Source: a virus
Lineage: Duplodnaviria; Caudoviricetes
DNA length: 38,811 bases
Virus record (IMG/VR): IMGVR_UViG_3300008255_000238
Span: 1 to 38,811 of that record
Reading direction: 5' to 3' (one strand)
The position numbers and the translations under genes are program-made. Below the pieces are notes generated by a model that saw only the letters and a list, made by a program, of their open reading frames with translations, had not been told where the DNA came from and did not search any database. Of the stretch, positions 25,801-36,163 are shown piece after piece (position 1 is the stretch's first letter; every line of letters begins with the position of its first letter).

Positions 25801-28800
25801 TCCTGATTTGATGCGAACGACTTTATTCTTTGGACTATATATACCAATTGCTCCGGCATGGCGAAATTTTCCCCTTCTTATCGGAACGTTGAGCTTTTTG
25901 GATAGTTCTTTTGCGATTTCTGATTGTTTGATTATTTTATCAGTCTCTTTTTGTGCCACTTCTGAGAAAGGATTCTGAAGATTCTTTGGATTGAATCCCA
26001 ATACACCCTTATCATCTGAGATCCGCATCTGTTGTGTTCTGCCTTTGAGAGCATCAACGTCAATCTTTACCTCATCGCCTTCTTTTATATTATTTGTTGA
26101 GATCTGCAATGCTTCCGGATTGAGAGTAAAATGAACATTCTCTCCATCAAATACGAGGTTTTTATCTTTATCAACTTTGAGGACCGGATTGTTTCTCAAT
26201 TCAGAACTATTATCAACCAATATCTTGAACTCTGCCTTGCCGATACTTGGTCTTATATATACCATTTCCGAGCTGTCTCTCTTTGTTTTCCATACTGTAG
26301 CCGGAAGATCGAGCTTTCTGATCTCTTTTGAAACCTTATCCGGAGTATCAGCCTCACTTGGACCAATGGATAATTGTTGTGGCACTCCCCCGCCGGTATT
26401 ATCGGGAAGAGGGGGGTTAACTTCTTGAGAATTAATCTCAACGGGGGGGTGTTTCTTTAGAAAGTTTGGTGGATTGTTGTATCGCTCTATAAGAGCCAAT
26501 ACAAATTCATTATGATATACATGATTATGGGCGAGAGATAAAGCGGTATTGAGCATTTCCTGATCCGGATTTGGATCAGTAAGCGCGTCCATACCATTAT
26601 CAACGAGTTCTTTATACTTGGCTGTGGTTGTTTTCAGATCAGCTTCCTTGAGCGTTGCTAGATTCTCAAGAACTTTATCGGTTAACTTTCCCTTTGGAGT
26701 AAAAAATGCCAGTTGCGATTCTGTTTGTTCAGGATCAAACATTGAGACATCGTTTTGAGCTTCGATCTTTATTTCTGAAGGTAAGAGAGGAATTTCTCCT
26801 TCTTTATAGAACCACGGATGAGCCGCTCCATAACCTGAAGAGCTTACTCTGAGGGCTTCTCGGACCGTTTCAGTCGACTGTCCGGATATCTCTCTTTCAG
26901 TCCCGCTTGGAGATTCTTGCGCAATTTGCTCGCCAGTTTGTTCTCGATCGGATCTGAGGGCTTCATATTGTAATTTTGTGATTTGTTGTTTTTCATATGC
27001 GTTTTCTGTCGCGTTGGCTATCGCCTCCGCTAATATACTCCTATCATACAGATGTTCTTTTATTTTGTCAAATGATACTTCTGAATGTGATTGATCTGAA
27101 GTATTCTCAACAAATGTAAAAGTTACCTTCGAATTAGTCTTATATTTATTATACGCTTTGATTATATTTTTTTGTGCATTGATGTGAGACTTTAGGAAAT
27201 ATCCTTCTGAGACGACTCGTCCCTCTTCTCCAACACGTTTCAAAGCTCCATCGGTCCACGCTTCAGCCGGATTGCGAAATGTAAAAGCAACGTCAACCTT
27301 ATATCCTTTGTTAAGCGCTTTTTGAATATCTTTTATAGCTGAATTATTTGAGAATGTAGTATCAAGAACAATTGAATATTCATCTTTTAATGGCTCGCCT
27401 TTTTGAATTGCGGTTGTTTTTCCGGATCCTGACCCGCCGGATGTGAGCAATACTATATTGTTCTTTATTCCTTGCTGAGTATCGAGAAGGTCATTATATA
27501 CAATCTCCTTTGCCGTTCCTGTTGCTCGTGCAAGCTCTCCGGCATTGTGACCCTGATATCCTTCAAATAGAGTGAGAGCAAGATCAGGACTGACTTCATT
27601 TTCAAAAGCCTGCTCATACTCGCTGATAAACTTCTCCGGATCGTTTGTTATTTTTGTGAATGCTTTCTCTTCTAGGGGATTCTTGAATACTGTTGGAGTA
27701 TTGATCTTCATGGTTGGCTCTTTGATTCCCTTGGCTTCATTATATGCTTTGGTAAGCTCTTCTTTTGAATATCCTATTTGACCACTTGTTTTAATGTCCG
27801 GCGCTTCTCCCTTGATCTTTGCTTTGATTTCCGGAGTGATCTTTATTCCTTGTTGAGTTGTGGTTTTCTCTAAAATATCGAATGTTTCTATCGAGCTAGG
27901 ATTATCTTTTGCCCATTTGACCATATCCTTATTTGATAATTGCCCTTGACCCTCGAACTTACTAATTGCAATTGCCTTGAACTTCCCATCTCCAAGCACA
28001 TCCGTAATAATCCAAGACTCAGTGCTTTTTGCTATTTCTTCTCCAACTTTTAGATCTTCTATTTCTAGTCTTACTTTTCCTCCGGGCTTTTGTATAAAAA
28101 GATCGGTCTGACCTTTTTCAATAGGAAGTCCCAAATCAATCACTTCAACCTTCTCACCTGTCAATTTCTCAACAATATTTTTAACCTGCTTATCATAGAG
28201 ATTGACAGCCCACTCTCCGCCAAACTTGAGTCCTTCTCCGGAAAGTTTTCCGGTCTCATCAGCCATAATCTTGTCTGCGAGACCTTTGCCAAGGACCTCA
28301 TCAAGTTTTTTACCGACTGCGTTCATCTGTGCGGGTGCGGATAACACCTTTCCATCTTTGTCGACTTCAACCAGTAGATTATAATTTTGATTATTTGGAA
28401 TAATTTTAATTTGCTTTATTTCTTTAGGCTCATGTGATGCTCTGTTTTCTAATTTCCAACTGACATCTTTAACGTGTGTCGCCAAATTATACCTCGCGCT
28501 CGTTTGTTCTCCATTAATCCATACAAAGTATTCAGAGCCATTTGTAATTGCCTCAATGAGTGCTCGCTTGACTGCTAGTTCTTGCCATTTGTTTCCTTGA
28601 ATTAGTGAGTTGAATGGTACACCTGCTCTTTTCTTATCCAATACCCTTTGAATTGCTTTTTCCTTTGTGGGATATTCTGATTTTGCTATTTGCAATTCAT
28701 TATCGGGAACTTTGTATCTCCAAAAAAATTTATCTTCTCCTATGAATTTTATCTCATCCTTTTTATAGCTCGTATTAAATCCCTGTTTTCTCCCCTCTCT

Positions 28801-31707
28801 CGCCCAATCACTTTGAATCTCCTCCAAGAAAGTCACATTTTGCCCTTTGTACGTTCTCTCATTCAATCGAATATGAGCAATGACATTTGGTTCGTCCCAA
28901 TGTGAAGATTTGAATCCTTTGATATCTGGATTGTAATCAATCTTGAGAGATGGATCTTTGAGCATTCGGTCATATAGTTTGTCGTGATTTGTTGATTCTT
29001 CGATTATTTTTCCAACACTATTTTTTAATTGATATGTGGTTTTAGTTTCCGGAGCCCTCACCAGTATCTCCTTGTAATTCTTTCCCTTCGGGAGAGTGTA
29101 ATTTGAGTATCTTGTTCTTGGTGTTTGCTCTTTGAGATATCTGTTCAATACTTCGATCACATCTGTATAATTTCTTGCGGTCCTTCCAAGTAATCCGTCT
29201 TTTTCTGCGACATAATATCCATCTTGTTCTTTTTTGATTAAAAAGGTCCTATCTCCTAATTTTCCAGTAAGATTATCTTTACTTCCGGTCCATTTTATAT
29301 CCGCTTCTGTTTTTGCTAACACATCGCCTTTCATCGTCTCCCCCAATCCTTTCATTTCCGGAGCAAATGGCTTTGCTTCTCCTGAGATTGATTGACCTTT
29401 GATATTTGCATATTGATTTTTTGAAACGATGTACGTTTTGCCGTCCTGCAAGAGTACCTTATTCCCTTTGAGCTCATATGGCGTGAGCGATTCACCTTCT
29501 GGAATCTCAACTTTATTCCCATAGATATCTTTTGCCGGAACATCCTTCTTGAGTTGTATATCCGGATATTTTTCCATGATCTGATCTGCCGTAAGACCAT
29601 TGGTCCCCCGGATTATCTTTGTTGTGTCCTGTGAGTCTATAAATTCATCAAGCGTGGCGTGTTCTTTTGCCTTCTCTACAAGGGGAGAGCCCTTGGGAGC
29701 CGGTGTACCCTTATCGACTGTAAGAAGGTCCTTGTTAGTTACTACAATTTCATCTGCGCCTGCTGTACCATATGCATATCCTTCAGGCTTCACAATTTTC
29801 AATCCATCGTATTTATTCCCAACGAGAGTTTGAATATAGTCATCCTTCTCTTGAGCTTTTAATTTGAGTATTTCTTTGAACTCAGTTTCTGATGGAGTAT
29901 AGAGATTGAGATTTTTTGTTGATTTTATCGTCACAACATTATCTGAGAAATCCTGTGCGTTCTGTGATCTCTCAAATAAATATACTCCGGACCCGAATGA
30001 TCCTGATTTTGTAGTCATAAGCGGATCCTTTACTGAATCCATTCCTCTATAATAAGTATTTGGAACTATCTCTCCTTTTGGAGCAACCGGAGAGGTTGTC
30101 TTTGGCGCCGCTACTTTTGGCGGCTGTGTACCATCTACAAGCTCGATCTGAGTAATACGACTTCCATTTGGAGTATCAAGATTCAAAAGACCGGCTATTT
30201 TCGATTTTGTTGCTTTTACCAAATCAATTCTGAGATTTTTTCCAAATCCTTCAGCTTCCAATGCTCTTCTCATTATTTCTCTTCCGGCTGGCGTATTCTC
30301 AATATCTGAGCCAACGACTACGCTCTTTGCTTGCTCAGGTGTGAATGTGAACGTTCCTTCTTTGAATTTGGATCTCGTTAGATACTCTCCGGTTTTTGCT
30401 CCGGCTTTTCCTGTAATCATAAATCCATGAATACCAAGAAGAATGAGCATTGAATCCTTGACCATTTCTTTTGCTTGTTCGTCTGATGCTCCAACAGATC
30501 GCGCATCAAGATATGTTTGAGATGAGAGAATCGTCATTGACTTTGAGAGTTGTTTTGTATATGTAACACCCTTTTCAAATACTTTCATTTTTTGAAGGTT
30601 TGCAAGAGGCTTTATATATTCAAGAAGCGTCCCTGATACGGTATCAACAATCAAATTTCGAGCTCTTGCTTCTGCTGGTGTACTTGATGGGAGAGAGGTT
30701 TGACCGAGAGTTGCAAATGTAGCCGGAAGAGCAATCTTTCCAAATTTGAGTCCTGCCAATATTTCTCCTCCAAGAATAAACGATCCAATCATTCCAATAA
30801 TGTTTCCGACTGTATTTCCTGCTATTTGCTGATCTGTTCCATTCTCGGCAATGGAAGCAAGTTCCTTGTCAAGAAAAGATTCAACTCTTGGATTCCAATT
30901 AGCATATGTTCGAAGAGCTCCTTGCATAATACCCTGTATTCCTGCCTCTTCAAATTTATAAATATCACTATCTTCAATTTTTTTATATAGCTCAGGATTC
31001 GCTTCTTTTGTATATCTGAGTACCGATCCTTTTATTCCGGGAGTCATTGTTTCGATAGGGCTGTTATATAAATCAGATGCAAACTTTTTTATTCCTTCTC
31101 CTATGGGTCCGGTATCATTCAGAATATAATCCGCCGGTTTATTAATCAATCTATCCATTAAATTCAAATTAGCGATCTTCTCATTCATCTTTTTTGTTCG
31201 GTCTGTTGATATTTTCTGCGCTTTTGGAGTGATCTGAGCTGATGATCCGGACTCTTTTGGTTCAAATCCGGGGAGTTTTTCTCCTATTTTTATTGACTTG
31301 ATTGATTTGACCTGCTTTGGATTCATCATTATTGTCGGACTATCTTTAGGAGGTGATAATATCTCAAATCCTTTTCCGTTCTTTGGTGTAAAAAATCCCT
31401 TGAGCTGTCTCTCGGCTTGTTGTGTAAATTCGCCAAGTCCTGAAAGAACACTTGATCCAAAACTTGCCGCATTCTGACCTGTTTGTTGTAGAAATGTTGG
31501 TTTCGGAACCGACATTGAGGCTGAAGAGGTGCGTATCGGAGTCGTTGTTTTTATCGGAGCTGAATATATTTGCTTTCTTCGTTGTTCAAAAGATGAATCT
31601 ACAAATCCCCCTCCACTAGAAAAGCCGCCGGATGATGGTTGTGTCGTTGGCGTTCCTTTCAGAAGCTTTGCCCTTCTTTGTTCGAAGGTTGTATCTGTGT
31701 ATGGCAT
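22876..31707 (-). CDS. Large polyvalent / DNA-ejection protein: ART-like, zeta-toxin-like P-loop, HExxH metallopeptidase and LPD38-like domains
   Basis: YRG...FGSGVY...YDG...EIVV; SHWDEPNV...LEEIQSDW; GGSGSGKT...VLDTT...GRVV; FHEVAH...EAFAE; WRIPKPFELG. Confidence 0.8.
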   Translation of the reverse strand: MPYTDTTFEQRRAKLLKGTPTTQPSSGGFSSGGGFVDSSFEQRRKQIYSAPIKTTTPIRTSSASMSVPKPTFLQQTGQNAASFGSSVLSGLGEFTQQAERQLKGFFTPKNGKGFEILSPPKDSPTIMMNPKQVKSIKSIKIGEKLPGFEPKESGSSAQITPKAQKISTDRTKKMNEKIANLNLMDRLINKPADYILNDTGPIGEGIKKFASDLYNSPIETMTPGIKGSVLRYTKEANPELYKKIEDSDIYKFEEAGIQGIMQGALRTYANWNPRVESFLDKELASIAENGTDQQIAGNTVGNIIGMIGSFILGGEILAGLKFGKIALPATFATLGQTSLPSSTPAEARARNLIVDTVSGTLLEYIKPLANLQKMKVFEKGVTYTKQLSKSMTILSSQTYLDARSVGASDEQAKEMVKDSMLILLGIHGFMITGKAGAKTGEYLTRSKFKEGTFTFTPEQAKSVVVGSDIENTPAGREIMRRALEAEGFGKNLRIDLVKATKSKIAGLLNLDTPNGSRITQIELVDGTQPPKVAAPKTTSPVAPKGEIVPNTYYRGMDSVKDPLMTTKSGSFGSGVYLFERSQNAQDFSDNVVTIKSTKNLNLYTPSETEFKEILKLKAQEKDDYIQTLVGNKYDGLKIVKPEGYAYGTAGADEIVVTNKDLLTVDKGTPAPKGSPLVEKAKEHATLDEFIDSQDTTKIIRGTNGLTADQIMEKYPDIQLKKDVPAKDIYGNKVEIPEGESLTPYELKGNKVLLQDGKTYIVSKNQYANIKGQSISGEAKPFAPEMKGLGETMKGDVLAKTEADIKWTGSKDNLTGKLGDRTFLIKKEQDGYYVAEKDGLLGRTARNYTDVIEVLNRYLKEQTPRTRYSNYTLPKGKNYKEILVRAPETKTTYQLKNSVGKIIEESTNHDKLYDRMLKDPSLKIDYNPDIKGFKSSHWDEPNVIAHIRLNERTYKGQNVTFLEEIQSDWAREGRKQGFNTSYKKDEIKFIGEDKFFWRYKVPDNELQIAKSEYPTKEKAIQRVLDKKRAGVPFNSLIQGNKWQELAVKRALIEAITNGSEYFVWINGEQTSARYNLATHVKDVSWKLENRASHEPKEIKQIKIIPNNQNYNLLVEVDKDGKVLSAPAQMNAVGKKLDEVLGKGLADKIMADETGKLSGEGLKFGGEWAVNLYDKQVKNIVEKLTGEKVEVIDLGLPIEKGQTDLFIQKPGGKVRLEIEDLKVGEEIAKSTESWIITDVLGDGKFKAIAISKFEGQGQLSNKDMVKWAKDNPSSIETFDILEKTTTQQGIKITPEIKAKIKGEAPDIKTSGQIGYSKEELTKAYNEAKGIKEPTMKINTPTVFKNPLEEKAFTKITNDPEKFISEYEQAFENEVSPDLALTLFEGYQGHNAGELARATGTAKEIVYNDLLDTQQGIKNNIVLLTSGGSGSGKTTAIQKGEPLKDEYSIVLDTTFSNNSAIKDIQKALNKGYKVDVAFTFRNPAEAWTDGALKRVGEEGRVVSEGYFLKSHINAQKNIIKAYNKYKTNSKVTFTFVENTSDQSHSEVSFDKIKEHLYDRSILAEAIANATENAYEKQQITKLQYEALRSDREQTGEQIAQESPSGTEREISGQSTETVREALRVSSSGYGAAHPWFYKEGEIPLLPSEIKIEAQNDVSMFDPEQTESQLAFFTPKGKLTDKVLENLATLKEADLKTTTAKYKELVDNGMDALTDPNPDQEMLNTALSLAHNHVYHNEFVLALIERYNNPPNFLKKHPPVEINSQEVNPPLPDNTGGGVPQQLSIGPSEADTPDKVSKEIRKLDLPATVWKTKRDSSEMVYIRPSIGKAEFKILVDNSSELRNNPVLKVDKDKNLVFDGENVHFTLNPEALQISTNNIKEGDEVKIDVDALKGRTQQMRISDDKGVLGFNPKNLQNPFSEVAQKETDKIIKQSEIAKELSKKLNVPIRRGKFRHAGAIGIYSPKNKVVRIKSGGLNTIFHEVAHYLDDTIGFSKDISITERELLMSEYGVSYSGQPEKQKKEAFAEYMRFRMTGQTEKINQWGPEFDKVFNEKIKEIPEVDNVINTATEDFKRWNQQPAVAKILSHLSIGGEKPGPLKDRVVNKLHELYTLTLDDLHPLNEFSSLYKKQTGQKLPSPQDPYVLARNLKGWMGKADLFLNGGTFGKEFWKVDKDGKTRMNFTGKGYTEIMDPVMDHLDDFRVYIVSQRIVNDLAPREIVSGIDLKDAKTAITELENKYPNFERVAEERRQYKDALLDYAKDNGLIGEEGLKKIKKFNKYHVPFYRVMEESGAKFLGKSKIGGNLNNPIKKIKGSEREIIDPLESDIKDTYAIINAAERNNIGVAMANVSGANHELGRLFEEVVKPMKPVTVNVQEVMDKVTKGTELEDIDFPEELGEMMVTLFRPTYATGPNMLNVNMGDKQKVFEVDPDLFKSIQGMNVEDVSMIMKILGFPAKALRAGATLSPDFSVRNPLRDQFTAGVYSEHGFVPGVDLIRGVWELIQPQKFGRDTYNLWKAGGGEQAMLVSMDRKGLQKDMKELFATNGERIITNIKNPLKVLQMLSELGEAGTRLGEMRNALARGKDPIESAFASRNVTLDFNRLGSWTRGANGIIAFFGANLNGTDTMVRSFKNRPFQTLWKALFLLTLPSILLYLANRKDKRWKEIPQWQKNMFWIIMTPDHIWRIPKPFELGSLFASVPERVMEAIDTKDPTIMNELANNIADGFTPGWMPTAIIPIVENLSNYSIFLDRPIVSRGKESYPSAQQYGPYTTETSKILGEVVNYSPAKIDNLVNGYGAGLGKYAMSGMDAILVGTGIVVTPPKPAKTLEEMPVIKAFMVRDPIGSGSESVNRVYNEYAQTNAEWTYIKKMVKDGDVEKAKAYAKNHPNAIDAITYTGAVDTFSTLNKAVDLIKQSENMNPQEKADRIKKIQTLQTEIAQKTLAEIKSRKK

Positions 31708-31722
31708 AAGTATATTGTACTA

Positions 31723-32916
31723 TTATCCGCCGGCTAATTTCATCATTACCTGATCTGTTGCCGATAGCTTGTTTGGATCCTTTATACCATATCCTGAAAG
31801 CTTGCTGACGTCTCCCTTGTCCGGACCATACTTGCTATTTGCATTATAGAGTTGATAAATAGTATTCGGATCTAAATATCCAGTATAGAGCGAGAGTATT
31901 TGAGACAATGTGAGTCCATTTTGAGCATCACTTCGAAGAGCGTTTGCATAATACTCTTCCTTATCTGCTGTTGTTGCCTTGGTTGCGGCGGCTGGTTTCG
32001 ATTTTGAAAGGACCTGCTTGTTGATTATCTCACCTGTTTGACTATCAACAACGACTGAATATATACTTGTGCCATCGTCAACCGTTGTGACTGATGTTTG
32101 ACGATCCTTTTGCTTCTGAGATCCAATAGCAGATTGAATCATGGAGCTTGAGATACCGGTTGCTCGAGTAATGGATGCGATATCAGCTCCCGATGCTCCT
32201 GAAAGAGCTCCTGACTGTAATAGGACGTTAAACTGATCGAGAGACTGTTTTGATGCTTGTGAGTTTATATCAAATTGTTTTGTTGCAATATCAAGCTGAG
32301 TTGCGATGTCTTGTTTATCCATTGCAAGTTTATCGAGATCGTTTTTGATATTGGCATTATAGTCTGTTGTGAGCTTCTGAATCCTTCCAGTTCTTGTTGA
32401 TTCAGATAAGAATGGATTGTCGTTTATTTCCGACTGTACTTCTGCAAATCTCTTTGCCTTGTCATTCAGTCCTGTTTCAAGCGTTGTAATTCCTTTTTCA
32501 TCATAGAGTCCTTGATACAAAGATTGAAGATCAATAGATGCGGGTGGTGATATACCTACTCCTTTTCCATCTGCTCCATATCCTCCGGGGATTCCCGAAT
32601 AATCAACAGCTCCTTGAATTGGTGCTTGAGCTTGTGCTGGGGCTGGGGCTACATTTTGCTTTGCTTGTAAGTCTCTTTGCTGTTGAAGGTATTGTTCAAG
32701 TTGTTGAGAAGATACGCCTTGAGCCTGTGCTGATTGTGCGTTTACTTCTTTTGATACTAACTGACCGGCGCCTTGCTGATTACTTGATGGATGAATAGCT
32801 CCGGGATCTGAAAGTGTTCCAGCCCAATATTGACGTCCTGAATACCATCCACCCTCCTGAAATCCTCCGGATGGTGGTTTGATACCTAGTGATTGTGGAT
32901 TGTATGTGTTTCCCAT
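31723..32916 (-). CDS. Probable internal virion / ejection (pilot) protein
   Basis: Q/S/G/A-rich coiled coil, INDNPFLSE motif; between adaptor and polyvalent protein. Confidence 0.55.
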   Translation of the reverse strand: MGNTYNPQSLGIKPPSGGFQEGGWYSGRQYWAGTLSDPGAIHPSSNQQGAGQLVSKEVNAQSAQAQGVSSQQLEQYLQQQRDLQAKQNVAPAPAQAQAPIQGAVDYSGIPGGYGADGKGVGISPPASIDLQSLYQGLYDEKGITTLETGLNDKAKRFAEVQSEINDNPFLSESTRTGRIQKLTTDYNANIKNDLDKLAMDKQDIATQLDIATKQFDINSQASKQSLDQFNVLLQSGALSGASGADIASITRATGISSSMIQSAIGSQKQKDRQTSVTTVDDGTSIYSVVVDSQTGEIINKQVLSKSKPAAATKATTADKEEYYANALRSDAQNGLTLSQILSLYTGYLDPNTIYQLYNANSKYGPDKGDVSKLSGYGIKDPNKLSATDQVMMKLAGG

Positions 32917-32920
32917 AGTA

Positions 32921-33646
32921 TTAAAAATTTCCTATATTTGTATTTTTTCTCGCTGAGCTTGTTGATGAATAATAATCCGGAACGTCAAATTGAGGAGTCG
33001 TTTTCACCAATCTCGATCGTTCTTGAGTAATCTTGGTCCATGTTGTTATAACGATTCCTTTTGCTTGTGTTGATATAAGCTCAGCTCCAATGACGTTTCC
33101 GCCTCTTTTCGATTGTGTGACTTCTGCTTTATTTTTTAGAATCTCTCCGGCTTCAAGAACTATTGCCTCATTGATTTCCGGCATCGAATACGAGAAGATT
33201 GTAATATCACCATCGAGAGTTAGTTTATCAACAAATTTATATCCAAATATTGCGAGATTTTTATCTCCGTTTATTGTTGGAGTAGGATCAATAAAATATT
33301 TCTTACCATAATTTGACCATTTTCTTGTTAGTCCTGAAGGATCATTGTTTTCTTTTTCGTATTGATAGTCTTTGAATATGAGAGGATTACCATAATCGAC
33401 TCCATCAATTGTGAGCTTCCAAATTGAATCAGGACGCCAATTCTGAGGATAATTATAATATTCGTGATCGTTGAGAGTAGATGTCTTCTGAGCATCACGC
33501 GTCTCACTCCATTTGAACATTGCTCCAATCTTCCGGTATGCACGATTAAGAGCGAGGTCTATTATTGTCGGTGTTATGAGCGAGCTCTCATCGCCAACGG
33601 TAAGATCTGACTGAACAGCGATTCTGAGTTCTGATAATTGATCCAT
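32921..33646 (-). CDS. Probable head-tail adaptor / tail tubular protein
   Basis: LSELR...IDLALNRAYRKI...W...YYNYP pattern; ATG 33646 just after the repeated promoter. Confidence 0.6.
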   Translation of the reverse strand: MDQLSELRIAVQSDLTVGDESSLITPTIIDLALNRAYRKIGAMFKWSETRDAQKTSTLNDHEYYNYPQNWRPDSIWKLTIDGVDYGNPLIFKDYQYEKENNDPSGLTRKWSNYGKKYFIDPTPTINGDKNLAIFGYKFVDKLTLDGDITIFSYSMPEINEAIVLEAGEILKNKAEVTQSKRGGNVIGAELISTQAKGIVITTWTKITQERSRLVKTTPQFDVPDYYSSTSSARKNTNIGNF

Positions 33647-33687
33647 AGTCAAATCATAAAGAAAGAAACTATGTTAAGGCAATAGCG
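33645..33687 (-). promoter_or_regulatory. Repeated late-type promoter, copy 3 (TTGCCT-N18-TATGAT-N6-ATG)
   Basis: 43 bp identical to 12302-12344. Confidence 0.8.
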
Positions 33688-33695
33688 CTTATTGA

Positions 33696-34844
33696 TTATG
33701 AGAGTTTCAGATCGTTTTTGAATATAAAAAATATAAAATCAAAATGCCATACTGAGGTAGACATGCCATTGATTGCTCCGTATACTGAAATTCCTGTTTC
33801 GGTCAATTTGACATTTGCTCCATATTGTACCGAAGCTCCTGATCCAACAAAAGGACAGTATTCGTATACGCCAGTTGGAGCCCCAATATATACTGAAACA
33901 TAACATTCAATAAAAGGATAATATCCAAGATTGTGAGAATATGAACCAACACAAGAAATATCACCCGTGCTTGCATCTATCTCAAGAGCAAGGGATTGTT
34001 TATCAAAATATTTTAGTGTTCCATATTCTGAACTAAACTTTAATTTTTCAATATCTGAGTTTGTAAGAACATTTACTTCGGGCTTTCCGATCTTCATTAC
34101 TGCTGAAATTGGATCGGGAGCGGGAGAAGGAGATGGGGACGAGCTTGCTGATGCTGATGGACTTGGAGAGGCTGAACTTGAAGGGCTTGCTGATGCTGAT
34201 GGAGACTTTGATGGACTGGCTGAACTTGAAGGCGATAATGATGCGGATCCAACCTCATATGTAATTGTTAAAAGAGGAGTATAGCTTGGATAAGAAGAAT
34301 AATAACCAAAATTGATATATTCATCATTGGCTGTTGCGTCATTATAGAAATATATTCCCAATGCGTTTCCACTAGACCAACCACCTCGATCAATAATTTC
34401 TTGTATTACAGATGATATGTCTGGACTATCATAGGGCTGATGTTGACTGGTTGGATTTATGTTGGCGGTCCAATCAACAACGGCGGTTGTGTGAGTCCTT
34501 GTTCTTGCCGTGTCGGGAGTTCCTGTATTAAATTCTGCTGTATTATCTTCATCTACCCCAACAATTTTATAATCAATATCGCTATTCCATCCCCAACTAC
34601 TACTTGCATAAAAAGTTATTTTTGCAGAAGTGATAACTGCACCACTTGGAATAGTTACTCCAGTAAACCTGAAACTTCCATTTATTATCCCTCCGTAATA
34701 CTCCCCCGGAAATGGTTCTTCCTCGGCATACTTAGCAAGGGATGAAACATTTTCAGTCGCGACCCAATTCGGAGTACGGATTGAAATATAATTATCTCGA
34801 ACCATCCTCAATCCAGAATCAATTTGTTTTGTAAATGTTGCCAT
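33696..34844 (-). CDS. Tail-associated protein: DNRLRE/CBM-like beta-sandwich, Ser/Pro linker, C-terminal tail module
   Basis: FRFTGVTIPSGAVITSAKITF, SPDISSVIQEI...GWSSGN; SP tract at about 34113-34248; HNLGYYP shared with the next gene. Confidence 0.6.
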   Translation of the reverse strand: MATFTKQIDSGLRMVRDNYISIRTPNWVATENVSSLAKYAEEEPFPGEYYGGIINGSFRFTGVTIPSGAVITSAKITFYASSSWGWNSDIDYKIVGVDEDNTAEFNTGTPDTARTRTHTTAVVDWTANINPTSQHQPYDSPDISSVIQEIIDRGGWSSGNALGIYFYNDATANDEYINFGYYSSYPSYTPLLTITYEVGSASLSPSSSASPSKSPSASASPSSSASPSPSASASSSPSPSPAPDPISAVMKIGKPEVNVLTNSDIEKLKFSSEYGTLKYFDKQSLALEIDASTGDISCVGSYSHNLGYYPFIECYVSVYIGAPTGVYEYCPFVGSGASVQYGANVKLTETGISVYGAINGMSTSVWHFDFIFFIFKNDLKLS

Positions 34845-34848
34845 ATAT

Positions 34849-35634
34849 TTATATAACCTTTTCCAATACGAAATACCTCACATACACCGTTATTGATGTA
34901 CCGTTAGTATTATCAAAATTGAAAATAATGTTTGTATCGTTCGCCTCAGCATAATTAAAAATCACCCCTGTATCAGTCCATCCAAGTTTTGGACCATATA
35001 AATCAACATTACCGGAATTTGCAAGGAATACTTGAGCTTTTGTTGATTGCTTCGCGAATGCATGTATAAGAGGAATAAATCTTTGATTGTGCGCTTGTGT
35101 GAAGCTTTGATCTGTAGTCGATGCCGTTAGTGTAATTTCTTTTGTTGCTTCAACAATTATTTTGAATGTATTGAAATCTGAATGAAACACAAAATCATTT
35201 GGATCAGTTGCCGTTTCAGCATTGACCCCAAGCTTTGCAATTGAAAACCCAAGATGTGGTTCAGTATTTGGAAATACTCCAACACCCGAAGTAACATTAT
35301 CAAGAAAGATATGATAAGAAAAATTTCCTGTTCCGTATATATGAAGATCGGTATCATCAACATCATAAAATGAAGAGTACGCTCCAATATCTCGAGAGTA
35401 AAGTCTTCTCCAAACTCCGGTTGAGACTTCACCAAATACTAAACAAAGAGGAACATATCCGAGATTATGAGGGATTGTTTGACCACCTGAAACCGCTATT
35501 GTTGCCGTTGCCAGCTCTTTTATAAGAACATAATCAACAGGATCATCCTGATCCACATATAAAGCGAAATGATCCGGATCTGTATCGTTAAATGCATCAT
35601 ATCCCGGCAATGCTATTTTTATTCCTCTGCCCAT
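34849..35634 (-). CDS. Tail protein with two internal repeats
   Basis: GIKIALPGYDA...DP...HNLGYVP repeated as GFSIAKLGVNA...DP...HNQRFIP. Confidence 0.6.
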   Translation of the reverse strand: MGRGIKIALPGYDAFNDTDPDHFALYVDQDDPVDYVLIKELATATIAVSGGQTIPHNLGYVPLCLVFGEVSTGVWRRLYSRDIGAYSSFYDVDDTDLHIYGTGNFSYHIFLDNVTSGVGVFPNTEPHLGFSIAKLGVNAETATDPNDFVFHSDFNTFKIIVEATKEITLTASTTDQSFTQAHNQRFIPLIHAFAKQSTKAQVFLANSGNVDLYGPKLGWTDTGVIFNYAEANDTNIIFNFDNTNGTSITVYVRYFVLEKVI

Positions 35635-35637
35635 ATA

Positions 35638-36162
35638 TTAAGAGATGGTTCCAATTATTATTGATGGTATGCCATTCTCATCATAGAACAGCATCCTCTT
35701 TGTGGCTCCATCTATCAATATATTACCATCTCCAACAGCAACGGCTCCGGTAATGAGCGTTCCCGCTTGAATAGTTCCGGAAAATGTTGCATCTCCAAGA
35801 AGTCCATCCATGCTAATCGTTGTATTGCCGTTCTTATCTTTTACAACAATCCCATTTGGAGAAATGAGAATCTCTCCACTTATACCTTCCTGATAATTTC
35901 CTATCTTTATTGCTCCTGATGGTGTGAATGAAAATTCCCCGAGAATCTTTCTTGTTTGTGTATTCAATTTACTACTAATAAGCTCAGTTGCGATCTTTTT
36001 AGTTGGAACGAGTTGTTGTTTGATTGAAGCCGGAGAGATGGGAGATCTTGAAGCGTTTACATTTGTGCTTTGATCTGTTACTGCATATGAGATAAGCCCA
36101 TCCTGATTAGGAAGCGGCGATTCTTGAATTACTTCTGGTGTATAAACTTTTTCAGCATCCAT
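35638..36162 (-). CDS. Tail spike/needle-like protein
   Basis: ISPNGIVV...ISMDG...GDATFSGTIQAG beta-repeat; likely start 36162. Confidence 0.5.
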   Translation of the reverse strand: MDAEKVYTPEVIQESPLPNQDGLISYAVTDQSTNVNASRSPISPASIKQQLVPTKKIATELISSKLNTQTRKILGEFSFTPSGAIKIGNYQEGISGEILISPNGIVVKDKNGNTTISMDGLLGDATFSGTIQAGTLITGAVAVGDGNILIDGATKRMLFYDENGIPSIIIGTIS

Positions 36163-36163
36163 A

